In this document: piece after piece, positions 28,275 through 38,108 of the stretch | Layout: the number at the start of each line of letters is the position of its first letter | How positions within the stretch are numbered: position 1 is the first letter of the stretch | NCBI GenBank assembly: GCA_965248265.1 | Contig: CBDFJF010000001.1 | Span: forward strand, 2,592,001 to 2,656,000 | DNA from: Candidatus Latescibacterota bacterium | GTDB lineage: Bacteria; Latescibacterota; UBA2968; UBA8231 | Direction: 5' to 3' | Length of the DNA stretch: 64,000 bases | Made by a program: the position numbers and the translations under genes | The notes under the pieces: model-generated | What the model was told of the DNA's origin: nothing | The model's input: the letters and a program-made list of their open reading frames with translations, nothing else | The model's database searches: none

Positions 28275-30635
28275 TTGTTCGTGCCGATGAATCTCGGTCG
28301 TTGTGCCATCGTTGTGCGCCAACCTATGGATGCTGAATTGTCGCAAAGAGATATGGATGCTGAATTGTCGCAAAGAGAGAAGTCATCGGGTCGATCGAGT
28401 CACTGGGACTCCGCAATCAGGCGCATCCAGGATGCTGCCGTACTCCTCGCCTTGATCGGGTTGCCGCTGTTTCATACAACCCGTGTTCATAACGTCTTCC
28501 TGGCGAAATCTGGGCTCGCCCTGGTTGTTGGCGGCGTGTTGGGGATGGCCTGGTTTTCGGGGATGGCCGTTCGAAGGCATCTACGGCTAAACTCGATTTC
28601 TCTGTACGGGGCCATCCTCATCTTCGTGGCCACCTCCGGTGCTTCGCTGATCCTGGTCGCCGGCAATCCAGCTCGCGGCCTCGAGATGTTGTTGTTCCAG
28701 GTAACCGGTTTTCTACTCTTCTTCGCCGTACTGGAGGGCGTCTGCTCGGAAGCGAAAATCCTCAACCTGATGCGGACAGTATCGTGGACCAGTCTGGTGA
28801 TTGCGAGCATTGGTTTGCTCGAGGAGAGCGGGGTGTATTTAATCCCCTCCAACGTCAGAGTACCGTTGCCCGTGGCGACCATCGGGAACACAAATTTCGT
28901 TGCGCACTATCTGGATCTGACAATCCCCGTCACGGCGTCACTACTGTTTATCCCGGGTGAACGATCAGGTTGGAAGGGAGTCCTCACGGCGATTGCTTTG
29001 GCAGCCACCTGCTGCGTGATGGTGTTGACCCAATGTCGAGGCGGATGGGTGAGCGTCGGTCTGGTAGCGCTGGTGTTTGCCGCGTTGAAGCTGCGCACCG
29101 TGCGATGGGTTCGGTTCGTCCCCGTTCTGCTGCTGAGTGCGGCGCTGGTCTCTCCGATGCTCGAATTGCTGTTCAATGCTGTGCGCTCGGAAGACGCGAG
29201 TACGCTGTCCGGGGCGTTGGGCAGTCAGATGGAGCGCACATGGGAACGCGCTTCCAGCACCCTGGATGAGACCGATCTTTCGAGGTCGATGCGGATCATG
29301 TTGTGGAAGAACACGGCCGACATGATAGCATCCCAGCCGTTCGGAGTCGGCACGGGCAACTACGAGTTCAGCCTACCTGCTTTTCGCTCCATGTCGGAGC
29401 AGCGTGAATGGAAGCAGCTCGAGGGCAATCTTGTCCTTGGGGCGTACAACGCCCACAATGAGTATCTGGAGTACCTGTCGGAGACCGGAATCGTCGGGTT
29501 TCTAGCGATTGTCGCACTCTTTGGCGGGATCCTCTGGCGGGGCTGGCGATATCTCGCTGGACGTCGCGAATGGACCGGTCAGTCGATCGCCGCCGCCGGG
29601 TGTCTGGGCGCTGTTGGAGCGGCGCTCGTCCACGCCCTCTTCAGCTTTAATCTGCAGGACCCCGTTTCGGGCACCCTCTTCTGGGTACTTGCGGGCCTGC
29701 TCGTGAGCTTGACGACGGACAAGGATCGGGGTGGGATAACTGTTTCGCTCAAGAGCAAGGCGCGCCGGATAGCGGTCGCCGCGGTGGGGGCTGGCATCGC
29801 CGTCGTCAGCATCAACTGCGGCGTACGAATCCTGATTGCCGACGGGTACTACCTGAAGGGGATGCAGCGTTTCAATGAGGGAAAAGGGCTTGAGGCGATT
29901 GAAGCCATGCGCCAGGCCAGCCAGTGGCGCGACGCCGATTTCCGGCACCACCACATGCTGGGCGTCTTTACTTCCTTCGTGGCCAAGGTTGCCGGCACCG
30001 ATAGTGAGATCGGTCGTGGAATGCATGCCGAGGCGGAGAGTGCCCTCAGGCGCAGCATTGAGTTGCACCCGAATAACGCGCAAGCCCTCCGGTTGCTTGG
30101 TAGGACGGTGCTGAGAATCGACAGGGGAGGCGAGGCGATCGAGCTTCTGCGACGCACGGTTGAGCTGGACCCTCTTAATGAGGACAACTACGGCCTGCTC
30201 GCGGATGCCTACCGGGCGACGGGTGATAACCCCAGTGCTTTGGAAGCTCGCAAGCAGGCTCTTTCTTTCCGGCCTCACGACACAGTGCTCATGATGGACC
30301 TGGCCACTGAGTACCGACTCAGTGGAGATCTGGAATCTTCAGCAGCTGTACTGGAACGAGCCGCCAGTCTCAGACCACACGATGGAATAGTGCAGGGTAG
30401 TCTCGGCTCGGTGTACCTGGCATTGGGAAAGATAGTTGATGCCGAGCGAGCCCTGAGGATTGCAGTCGGTGTAGAGCCCTCGATAGTTGCATGGCGTCAC
30501 AACCTGGTGCGCAGCCTTCTGCGTCAACGACACCTGGCGCAAGCCGAGGAAGAGCTAAAGAATGCGCTTGAGCTGTTTCCACAGGACGAAGTGTTGATCT
30601 CCATTGCGGAGCTGTTTCGAGCTGGCGATCGGTGA
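28275..30635 (+). CDS. O-antigen ligase / oligosaccharyltransferase-family membrane protein fused to C-terminal TPRs
   Basis: Multiple TMs, ATIGNTNFVAHY, TQCRGGW, R..LW...PFGVGTGNY, NAHNEYLEYLSETG (Wzy_C/WaaL motifs), then TPR repeats. True start probably an ATG at 28326 or 28353. Confidence 0.82.
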   Translation: MFVPMNLGRCAIVVRQPMDAELSQRDMDAELSQREKSSGRSSHWDSAIRRIQDAAVLLALIGLPLFHTTRVHNVFLAKSGLALVVGGVLGMAWFSGMAVRRHLRLNSISLYGAILIFVATSGASLILVAGNPARGLEMLLFQVTGFLLFFAVLEGVCSEAKILNLMRTVSWTSLVIASIGLLEESGVYLIPSNVRVPLPVATIGNTNFVAHYLDLTIPVTASLLFIPGERSGWKGVLTAIALAATCCVMVLTQCRGGWVSVGLVALVFAALKLRTVRWVRFVPVLLLSAALVSPMLELLFNAVRSEDASTLSGALGSQMERTWERASSTLDETDLSRSMRIMLWKNTADMIASQPFGVGTGNYEFSLPAFRSMSEQREWKQLEGNLVLGAYNAHNEYLEYLSETGIVGFLAIVALFGGILWRGWRYLAGRREWTGQSIAAAGCLGAVGAALVHALFSFNLQDPVSGTLFWVLAGLLVSLTTDKDRGGITVSLKSKARRIAVAAVGAGIAVVSINCGVRILIADGYYLKGMQRFNEGKGLEAIEAMRQASQWRDADFRHHHMLGVFTSFVAKVAGTDSEIGRGMHAEAESALRRSIELHPNNAQALRLLGRTVLRIDRGGEAIELLRRTVELDPLNEDNYGLLADAYRATGDNPSALEARKQALSFRPHDTVLMMDLATEYRLSGDLESSAAVLERAASLRPHDGIVQGSLGSVYLALGKIVDAERALRIAVGVEPSIVAWRHNLVRSLLRQRHLAQAEEELKNALELFPQDEVLISIAELFRAGDR
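28325..28378 (+). repeat. Perfect 27-bp tandem duplication (2 copies)
   Basis: TATGGATGCTGAATTGTCGCAAAGAGA x2; encodes MDAELSQR(D/E) twice. Confidence 0.95.
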
Positions 30636-30646
30636 TCTAACTGGAG

Positions 30647-31489
30647 TCAGCGCGAACGCGATATCCAGCACATGGTGCTGAATGCCAGCCTTGTTGGACT
30701 ACGCATCAGACCCTGGTAGTGCTTTCGGCCGAAGTGGCGTAGCCAGTTGCGCTGCAACCGCTTGCGATCTTGCGCCATCGGCGCCTTGTTGCGGAAGTGT
30801 GTGATTGCGCCACACGGGTAGTAGCGGCACCGCCCCAATCCGACATGGATTATTCGGTAGCAAAGGTCGACATCCTCATAGTACATGAAGATGGCCTCAT
30901 CGAAGCCGCCGATCACGTCGAACGCGTCCTTGCGGATCCACATTGCTGCGGCAGTAACCCAATCCACGTCTCTTTCTATACCGAACCCCGTCCAGTGGCG
31001 GCCAGAATTCTTCCCGAGAGGGGCCCTGAGGAGAGGAACAACTGCCAGGAGCCTGTCCAGAGTCAGGCTGGTCAGCGTTGGGAAGGATCCCGTTGAGCGT
31101 TCCAACTCGCCGCTTTCGTCGTAAATCATCCCGGCAGCCAGCGCAACGTCCGGATGGCTCTCGAATACGCCTAGGAATTCCTCAAGAGAATGATCCTCCA
31201 TCATTTCGGTGTCAGGGTTGAGGAAAAGGAGGGTTGGGGCGTTGGATTTGCGAGCACCTGTATTGTTGGCGGCGCCGAATCCGGTGTTTTCTTGACAGAT
31301 CAGTTTGCAGTTGGGGAAATCCGAGCGGATCATCTGAACGGAACCGTCTGACGAGGCGTTGTCAACGACGATGACTTCGAGCTCATCTCCGATCGTCTGC
31401 CGATCCAGCGAACGCAGGCATCCCGCCAACCACTCTTTGGTGTTGAAGCTGACTATGATGACGGATAGTCGAGGGTTTGACGGGTTCAT
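30647..31489 (-). CDS. Glycosyltransferase family 2 (WbbL-like)
   Basis: SVIIVSFN, VVDNASSDGS, NTGFGAANN, FLNPDT and GGFDEAIFMYYEDVDLC. Confidence 0.9.
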   Translation of the reverse strand: MNPSNPRLSVIIVSFNTKEWLAGCLRSLDRQTIGDELEVIVVDNASSDGSVQMIRSDFPNCKLICQENTGFGAANNTGARKSNAPTLLFLNPDTEMMEDHSLEEFLGVFESHPDVALAAGMIYDESGELERSTGSFPTLTSLTLDRLLAVVPLLRAPLGKNSGRHWTGFGIERDVDWVTAAAMWIRKDAFDVIGGFDEAIFMYYEDVDLCYRIIHVGLGRCRYYPCGAITHFRNKAPMAQDRKRLQRNWLRHFGRKHYQGLMRSPTRLAFSTMCWISRSR

Positions 31490-32376
31490 GACGACGGCTG
31501 TCCATCTCCGTGGCCGCCGTAACCGTGTAACTCCAGTCTTCCAGCGACAGCGTGGGCAAACTCGACTGCTTCGGCATCAGCAGCGAAGGCGTACCCCCGA
31601 TCTGCTCGGACACTAGAGACGACAGTTTCAACTGTGGATTGCGCCGTTGGCAACCCGCAGAATTCAGCTGCACCGATCAAACTTGGCGCCGGATCGACCA
31701 GCAACTCCTCGTATTTGAGTTCGAGAATGGCATCAGGATTTCGCTCCTTCGCCGCCCTTGCTGCCACCATGTACTCTTCCCACAAACCGAAACCGCCCAC
31801 CAGGGTGGAGCAGCGCGCTGAAGAGGTAAAATTAGCCCGACCTGGGTAGATGGTGTACAGGGTGTTGTGGATGGAGGCGCGGCGCTTCTTTTCCTCGAGG
31901 ATTCCGCGCTCCCTATGGCGCAGGCTCATGGCGACATCGACTCCGTGGCGATAGACGTGAAGGACTCGAGCCTGAGGAAAGAGGTCCAGCCACAGGGGCA
32001 GGGTGAAGGTCGATCTGGGATCCTTCCAACCCCAGCTGAAAGGGAGATTGAAGACCGAACGGTGGCGCAGGTAGCGCCAGGTACCCAGATAGGAAATCGC
32101 CTGGGGTGAGCCAGCGAAGGTTCGGATATAGTCGGTGATGCGGCCACGCAGGTCAGGGTAGGATAGTAGATGACCTACAGGTTCGGGGTTGTCCCAGGTC
32201 GCACCGCTCTGGCTCAGGATCCAGTCATTGAGCCGAAGAAAAAACAGGGCCTCCTGGTTTCGCTCGCGGGTCTTACCGATAAACAGCCCGAGCTTTTCAA
32301 GCATTTCCGCCAACAATGTGGTCCCGGAGCGGTGCATGCCGATGATGATGACGGGTTGGTGTGGCACAGTTTTCAC
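31486..32376 (-). CDS. PAPS-dependent sulfotransferase
   Basis: 5'-PSB loop IIGMHRSGTTLL, WGWKDPR, 3'-PB HVYRHGVDVAMS and LKYEELLVDP. Start set at GTG 32376, overlapping the flippase stop. Confidence 0.85.
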   Translation of the reverse strand: MKTVPHQPVIIIGMHRSGTTLLAEMLEKLGLFIGKTRERNQEALFFLRLNDWILSQSGATWDNPEPVGHLLSYPDLRGRITDYIRTFAGSPQAISYLGTWRYLRHRSVFNLPFSWGWKDPRSTFTLPLWLDLFPQARVLHVYRHGVDVAMSLRHRERGILEEKKRRASIHNTLYTIYPGRANFTSSARCSTLVGGFGLWEEYMVAARAAKERNPDAILELKYEELLVDPAPSLIGAAEFCGLPTAQSTVETVVSSVRADRGYAFAADAEAVEFAHAVAGRLELHGYGGHGDGQPSS

Positions 32377-34001
32377 GCTTCCTTGCTCCCAGTTGACGGC
32401 ATCTTTGCGTCGGCGCGATCGGTGTTTGTCAGAGCTCTCCGCAGCGAGCGAAATTCGCCAGCGAGCTCGCGACGCTCGAGTAGCATGAGCATCGCCGCGT
32501 AGCATACTCCGAGCACCGCGGTGCCGGCTACCAGTGAGGGGATTGGGGGCAGCGCAGCGATCTGATCCGTTGCCGCCAGACGCACGGCACTGGCGACGAC
32601 CCCGGCGATCAGCGGCGGCCCTAACACCCTCATCCATGAAATATCGACATAGGCCCTGACTGCCCGCATGGCCATGAGCAGGCCCACCAGGGCAGCCACG
32701 TCCATGCCGAGGGCGGCTCCCTGTGCACCATAGTGTGTCGTCAGCAAGGGTGCCAGCATGATCAGGGCCCCGGCCTGCAGGGACACGAAGCGGGTGATCC
32801 GGCGCGGCTCGCCCACACCGTACAGAAGAAAATAGACGTCGTCGAGAGCTGGCCGGCACAGAGAATACAAGATCAGCCATCGCAGGATGGGGACGAGGGG
32901 AAGCCAGTCGACTTTGATGAGCTCGACAATTACAGGCGCCTCCAGAGCCAGAATCAGTGTGATCGGCACGGTGCAGCGGATGATCAGGCGTTGGGTCCGG
33001 TAGAACGCTTCGGACAAGCGTCGACGGTCTCGTTGGTAACGGGCATAGACGGTGCCGGTCACCCCCTGAATCATGTGGGTGACGGCTCCGGTCGGGATCT
33101 GAGCGAAAAGATGGGCTGCCGCGTAAATACCCAGAAGGTCGTCACCTAGCATCACTCCGACGATCAGGCGGTCGAAGTGCAACGTCAGGGTCTGCAGAAT
33201 GCCCGCAGCCCAGAACCAGACTCCATAGCGCAGCAGATCACGAGCGCCAGATGGATCCCAGTGTCTGAATCGTGGCATTCGGGGTGGTCGTCCCTGCCAG
33301 ATCATACCGCAGTAGGTGAGAACGTAGGCGACGCTGTTGATTGAAAAGCCGAGAATCAAGGCCCACGTGCCACCGCCGAGATGGGCTATCGCCACCGCGA
33401 CGATGGAGGCCACGACGGTCGAGGAGGCGTGGGCGATGGCGAGTCGGCCGAATTGCAGCTCCTTGCGCAGCCGCGTCTCCGAGGTCTGCGCCAGGCTTCG
33501 AATCATGTCGAGGAGCGCGAAGATGATGAGGGCACTTACGACGATGGGAGTCGCGCTGCTGACGCTGAAAGAGAGCAGCTGCAGTAGTTCCGGGAGGTAG
33601 ATAGCGGTTCCGATGGCGGCAACCGCTCCGCCAACCGCAAGCCCGCCGTTGAGCAGAAAGTGTGTCGTTTCGAGTCGCTCCACGTCGTCGTAGCGATGGA
33701 GCAGGGCGACGTGAAGACCGAAGCGCTTGAGCGAGGTTACCACCATGAGAGTACTGATGGCGAAGGCAATCTGACCGACGTCTCCGGGGGCCAGGCGGCG
33801 CAGCAATAGAATGTAGGCGCCCCAATTGATGATGCGAGCAAAGTAAACGCTGCCGACCATCTGTAAGGCACCCCGTACGATCCGCCGAGCACCCCCGGGA
33901 TCATTGCCTTGAGGGGCACGCCGAGTGACACCGGAGGGGCTGGTGCTGATCTCTTCAGGCAAGTCCGTTGTCACGAAATCGCTATTCTGGCCATTGACCA
34001 A
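32373..34001 (-). CDS. Wzx-type oligosaccharide flippase
   Basis: More than 12 TMs, LLRRLAPGDVG, LRKELQF, HFDRLIVGVMLG..LGIY. Start uncertain. Confidence 0.85.
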   Translation of the reverse strand: MVNGQNSDFVTTDLPEEISTSPSGVTRRAPQGNDPGGARRIVRGALQMVGSVYFARIINWGAYILLLRRLAPGDVGQIAFAISTLMVVTSLKRFGLHVALLHRYDDVERLETTHFLLNGGLAVGGAVAAIGTAIYLPELLQLLSFSVSSATPIVVSALIIFALLDMIRSLAQTSETRLRKELQFGRLAIAHASSTVVASIVAVAIAHLGGGTWALILGFSINSVAYVLTYCGMIWQGRPPRMPRFRHWDPSGARDLLRYGVWFWAAGILQTLTLHFDRLIVGVMLGDDLLGIYAAAHLFAQIPTGAVTHMIQGVTGTVYARYQRDRRRLSEAFYRTQRLIIRCTVPITLILALEAPVIVELIKVDWLPLVPILRWLILYSLCRPALDDVYFLLYGVGEPRRITRFVSLQAGALIMLAPLLTTHYGAQGAALGMDVAALVGLLMAMRAVRAYVDISWMRVLGPPLIAGVVASAVRLAATDQIAALPPIPSLVAGTAVLGVCYAAMLMLLERRELAGEFRSLRRALTNTDRADAKMPSTGSKEA

Positions 34002-34011
34002 TTAGGGTTGG

Positions 34012-34047
34012 GTCGAGGACTCGAAAACCGTCGAAGACTCGAAAACC
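34012..34047. repeat. 18-bp tandem duplication (1 mismatch)
   Basis: GTCGAGGACTCGAAAACC GTCGAAGACTCGAAAACC directly upstream of the flippase. Confidence 0.85.
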
Positions 34048-34155
34048 ATGGTCGATGGCACCGAGCGCTGAGACTTGCAGCATCGTTTCCGGAGAAACCT
34101 GCGCCTGGCGCCTATGCTGGATCCACATGGAGCTATTGATGGGCGCCGCATCCGG

Positions 34156-36756
34156 TTAATTACCGATACGTTGGCTGGGCTGCTCGTCGATATTTTCATC
34201 GGCAACGGTTGACTCGATGGCGGCTCGTGAGCCCGCTCTTCGACACCAGTAGAGACCTGCGCCAACGGCTATGGAGAGCAAGGTAAGCAGGCTGATCGTG
34301 CGGGAAGCGCTGACGGCCGAAGACTGGTAACGTAGAGCAACGGTGTGGTTTCCCTTCGGTAGATAGACGGCCTTCCACACATAGTTTGCCCGGACCAACT
34401 CGGCTTCCTCGCCGTCAACGAACGCATGCCAGTTCGGATAGTAGTTGTCGGAGACCACCAGCATGCGCGGACCGCTGGCGACTACATCAATCTCGATCAC
34501 TCCAGCAGCAAGATCCCGGTTGGTGACATGGACCCGGTCAGCGTCGATATCTCCGACCGGCAGCTGGCCGAACGGCCCCGGGGGTTGTCGCTCAAGAATG
34601 GCCATCTGGCGGGGGTCGATGCGGCCATCGCGCAAGGCCCTGAGCGCCTCAGCGGCATCATCCATGACGGTGACTGACGGCGCGAGGTAAGCCCATGGCA
34701 GGGCCCGAGGATTCTCGTAGACGCGTATTCGCTCCCGCGCGAAGACCTCGGGGAATCGTTCGGTTTGCAGTTGCAGCTGCGCCGGGGTCACCACGTAACG
34801 CGCGTTGACGAGATTGAGCAGGGGTTGCATGGCGCCCACCAGGTCGTCGTCCGAATAGGGTGATTCGCCTCCTCGCAACTTCCTGCCGTACTCGGACAGC
34901 GGGAGATCAAACTCCTTGAGGAGATTGTCGTAGCGCCTGATCGTGTAGTTGTTGTGATCGGTGACGACGACGGTTCCATGCAGGAGATCGATTCCGTCGA
35001 GTCGGTACCCGGGCTTCTTCAGGAATCCGTAGTCAGGCAGCGGAAAAATGCGAAACGGGTCTGAAGCAGATGATTTGAGAAAGCCGACGGTATGTGGATT
35101 CTCCTGTCGGACATCGGTGTGCCTGGACGGATCCTCGTAGTGCAAGAATCGACGATCGATGCGCCAGGTATCGAAGAGGGTCAGCAACACCATTCCGGCC
35201 ACCATCCACACCAGCGCAATCTTGCCATGCAGGCGCAAGAGCAACAGAGCGGTTCCGGCTGCGACCACGGCGAACACGCACACGGCGCCGCGGCTCAACC
35301 ATTGCATGCCGTCGACGAGGATCTGTTGCTTGTGAGCGAGCATGTCGTAGCCGGTGACCGCTACCCAGCTCTCAACGAATGACGCAGGCGAAAAAGCCAG
35401 CAGCAATGTGATAGCACTGAGAGCAGCGCCGGCGATCAAGACGCGCCTTCTCGTCTCGCCCACTTGCTCGGCCGGCGTCCGCAGCAACACGTCGAGGCTC
35501 ATGGCTGCCAGCACACAGGCAGGGAATGCGAACAGGAAGGCTGCCATCCCCACGGCGCGCAGGACATTGGCGCCGGGGATGACGTGATAGGCGATCCAGT
35601 GCACGGGAGTATGGCTCCCCAGCGTGAATGCCAGCACCAGAAGGAACTGAGCCGTCATGAAGAGCGCATGGGGGCGACGGCGAATATGCGGCATTATCAG
35701 AAGCGCCAGCAGGACGACGAGAACCCCGAAGTATTCGGAATTCAGCTTCATCGGATTGCGCCCCCAGTAGTAATTCGTGCCGTTGCTTGGGTCCTGAAAG
35801 CCACCGAACTCGGGTACAATAAGCGATGCGACCTCCTCGGGATGCAGGGACCAGCTGCGCGACAGAGCCAATTGATCTTCGGGCGACCGACCCATCTCAT
35901 CCTGCACGGCAGCTCGTTTGGATTCGGTCTTTACGTGCAGGTATGGCGGTATCAGGCCTTCGGCCCCGACACCGAAACCGACCGCAATGGCGAGCAGAAA
36001 CATGCCGGTGCGTGTGACCAGTAGCGTACGGCCGGCACCCTGGCGGAACAGCAGGTACAACTTGAAGAGGAAGTACAGCCCGAGAGCCAGCAGAGCGTAT
36101 TGCAACATCTGTAGATGAGGAGTGAAGATCCCCAGAGTGACCAGGCCCCCCAGGCCGACAAACCACCATATCTGGCCCCGATTCATGCCGCGCTCGAGGG
36201 CCAATAGCATGAAGGGAAACAGGGAGATGAGGGTCATCTTGGCGTAATGACCGGCAAAGAGAAATGATAGAAAAGTCGGCGCCGACATGAAGGCGACCCC
36301 ACCCCAGAGAGCGGCCCAACGACCGATCTGGAGCTCGCGCAGGTACAGGTAAGTGCCGAATCCAGCCAGGAAGACGATGATGATGTAGCGCCAACCCAGA
36401 TGACGCTGGTAGGTAGTGACTAAGTTGATCACCCATGTTGGCATGTAACGGTGGCGAATCTCCTCGTAGCTTGGATACCCACCCATACGTGCCTGCCACC
36501 TGTCCTGATCCAGCTCGCGAATCTTTTCGATTACTGACTCATTGCCACGATGGTAGTCAGTACCAATGTCGTTGCCGAAAACGACATGGTCAGTCGTCAG
36601 GAACTCGAAGAAGTAAATGCAGGTAATCAGGGCAAAGACCGACGCCGGAAACCATGAGCGATCCCACAAACGAGTTGTGGCTGTTGTGGGCAGCGGTGCG
36701 GAGACAGAAACAATGTCGGCCAGCCGTCTGCGCTTATCTTTGTTTTTCTTCGCCAT
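34156..36756 (-). CDS. YfhO-family membrane protein (GT-C-like glycosyltransferase)
   Basis: Multi-TM N-terminal part, YYWGRNP, YENPRALPWA, LVVSDNYYPNWHAFVDG..RANYVWKAVYLPKGNHTV and a C-terminal TM. Confidence 0.82.
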   Translation of the reverse strand: MAKKNKDKRRRLADIVSVSAPLPTTATTRLWDRSWFPASVFALITCIYFFEFLTTDHVVFGNDIGTDYHRGNESVIEKIRELDQDRWQARMGGYPSYEEIRHRYMPTWVINLVTTYQRHLGWRYIIIVFLAGFGTYLYLRELQIGRWAALWGGVAFMSAPTFLSFLFAGHYAKMTLISLFPFMLLALERGMNRGQIWWFVGLGGLVTLGIFTPHLQMLQYALLALGLYFLFKLYLLFRQGAGRTLLVTRTGMFLLAIAVGFGVGAEGLIPPYLHVKTESKRAAVQDEMGRSPEDQLALSRSWSLHPEEVASLIVPEFGGFQDPSNGTNYYWGRNPMKLNSEYFGVLVVLLALLIMPHIRRRPHALFMTAQFLLVLAFTLGSHTPVHWIAYHVIPGANVLRAVGMAAFLFAFPACVLAAMSLDVLLRTPAEQVGETRRRVLIAGAALSAITLLLAFSPASFVESWVAVTGYDMLAHKQQILVDGMQWLSRGAVCVFAVVAAGTALLLLRLHGKIALVWMVAGMVLLTLFDTWRIDRRFLHYEDPSRHTDVRQENPHTVGFLKSSASDPFRIFPLPDYGFLKKPGYRLDGIDLLHGTVVVTDHNNYTIRRYDNLLKEFDLPLSEYGRKLRGGESPYSDDDLVGAMQPLLNLVNARYVVTPAQLQLQTERFPEVFARERIRVYENPRALPWAYLAPSVTVMDDAAEALRALRDGRIDPRQMAILERQPPGPFGQLPVGDIDADRVHVTNRDLAAGVIEIDVVASGPRMLVVSDNYYPNWHAFVDGEEAELVRANYVWKAVYLPKGNHTVALRYQSSAVSASRTISLLTLLSIAVGAGLYWCRRAGSRAAIESTVADENIDEQPSQRIGN

Positions 36757-36789
36757 TTGTCCTGGTTTGTCCCTCAGACTGCGGTTTGT

Positions 36790-37926
36790 TCAGTCGTTGA
36801 CATTTCCCTGCGCGGCCAGTTGCAGCAGCTCTTCCTGTGACCGGGCGATGCTGTCCCAATCGAAGCGCTTTGCCCAGACGCGACCCGCGCTACCGAGGCG
36901 GGCCCGAAGCTCCGGTTGGGTGAGCAACTGGCGCATGCCCTCAGCCAGGCCTGCTTCGTCTCCGGGGGGCACCAGGAAGCCGGTCTGTCCCTCCTGGACG
37001 GCATCGACCAAACCGGGAATGCGGGTCGCGAGCACCGCTTTTCCCGCGGCGGCGGCTTCGACGGCGACAATGCCCCAGCCTTCGTAGCGCGACGGCATGC
37101 ACAGGAACAGACACCGGCGCAGCAGGTTGCCCTTTTCCGTTTCGCTCACGCCCGAGTCTCCGTGAAGGACCACCTGACTCTGCAGTCCGGCCGCTTCGAT
37201 GAGGCGTTGCGTTCGCTGGCGCTGATCAGCGGCCCCCCGGCCCGCCAACACCAGCTTTACTCCCGGAAACTCAGCTGAGACCTGAGCGAATGCCGACACC
37301 AACAGGTCGATGCCCTTGGTGTGGACGTCCAGGCGACCGAAGTACAGCACAAAGGGATCGTCGTCTTCCTCGACACTGTCCAGCTTGAAGTAGCCCTCGT
37401 CCACTCCAGTGTAGAGGCAATTGACGCTCGCGGAATCACCGCGTTTACCAAGCACCTGTTCCTGCACGCTGGGCGAGATGGTCACGACCCGCTCATAGGC
37501 CCCTAGCGTCATGGCCTCCGCGGCCCAGGCCAGTGAACCGACCAATGGGTGCTTGCGCAGGGCGTGCCTGCCGACAAAGTGGTAGAAGAACAGGACACCC
37601 TTTCTGCGAAGGGCCCGGCTCGGCCACAGCGGAGCGAAGGCGGAGAACTCGTGCACCCAGACATCCCATTGCAGAGCCCGCAGATACCTAACAGCGCGCC
37701 TGCAATAACTCAAGCGACTGCTGGCGTAACTGGGCGCCTGACCGACTCGAAGGTGCCGGATGCCATCGATGACCTCGTCTGGTGCGGATCCCGGATAAGA
37801 TCCAGTGACCAGAGTGATCTCATGGCGCTGTGCAAGCCGCCGGTAGATTTCGCGCGCCCGCACGGCACCTCCCCCGCCCAGCCAGGGGTTGTCGACTTCG
37901 TCGTATATGAGATGGCAGATTTTCAT
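36790..37926 (-). CDS. Glycosyltransferase family 4
   Basis: MKICHLIY..GGGA, YFGRLD..KG and PSRYEGWGIVAVEAAAAG. Start set at ATG 37926. Confidence 0.9.
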   Translation of the reverse strand: MKICHLIYDEVDNPWLGGGGAVRAREIYRRLAQRHEITLVTGSYPGSAPDEVIDGIRHLRVGQAPSYASSRLSYCRRAVRYLRALQWDVWVHEFSAFAPLWPSRALRRKGVLFFYHFVGRHALRKHPLVGSLAWAAEAMTLGAYERVVTISPSVQEQVLGKRGDSASVNCLYTGVDEGYFKLDSVEEDDDPFVLYFGRLDVHTKGIDLLVSAFAQVSAEFPGVKLVLAGRGAADQRQRTQRLIEAAGLQSQVVLHGDSGVSETEKGNLLRRCLFLCMPSRYEGWGIVAVEAAAAGKAVLATRIPGLVDAVQEGQTGFLVPPGDEAGLAEGMRQLLTQPELRARLGSAGRVWAKRFDWDSIARSQEELLQLAAQGNVND

Positions 37927-38108
37927 CTGGCGGATTTCACCGGTGTCGGAACGGTTAACCGAGCCCAGCCCCACGCACTACGAAGGCACGACCATGGATC
38001 TCGATACCGAGCGCTATCCGAGTGGCTGCACCTGCATGTCCTTGACCGTTCGGGCTGTCCGGATGGGGGTCCGGACCGCCGACTTCCAGGGGGAGGTTAC
38101 AGAACCTG

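Noticed and set aside
28325-28378. CRISPR array
   Set aside because: Two adjacent copies with no spacer and no cas genes; a simple tandem duplication.
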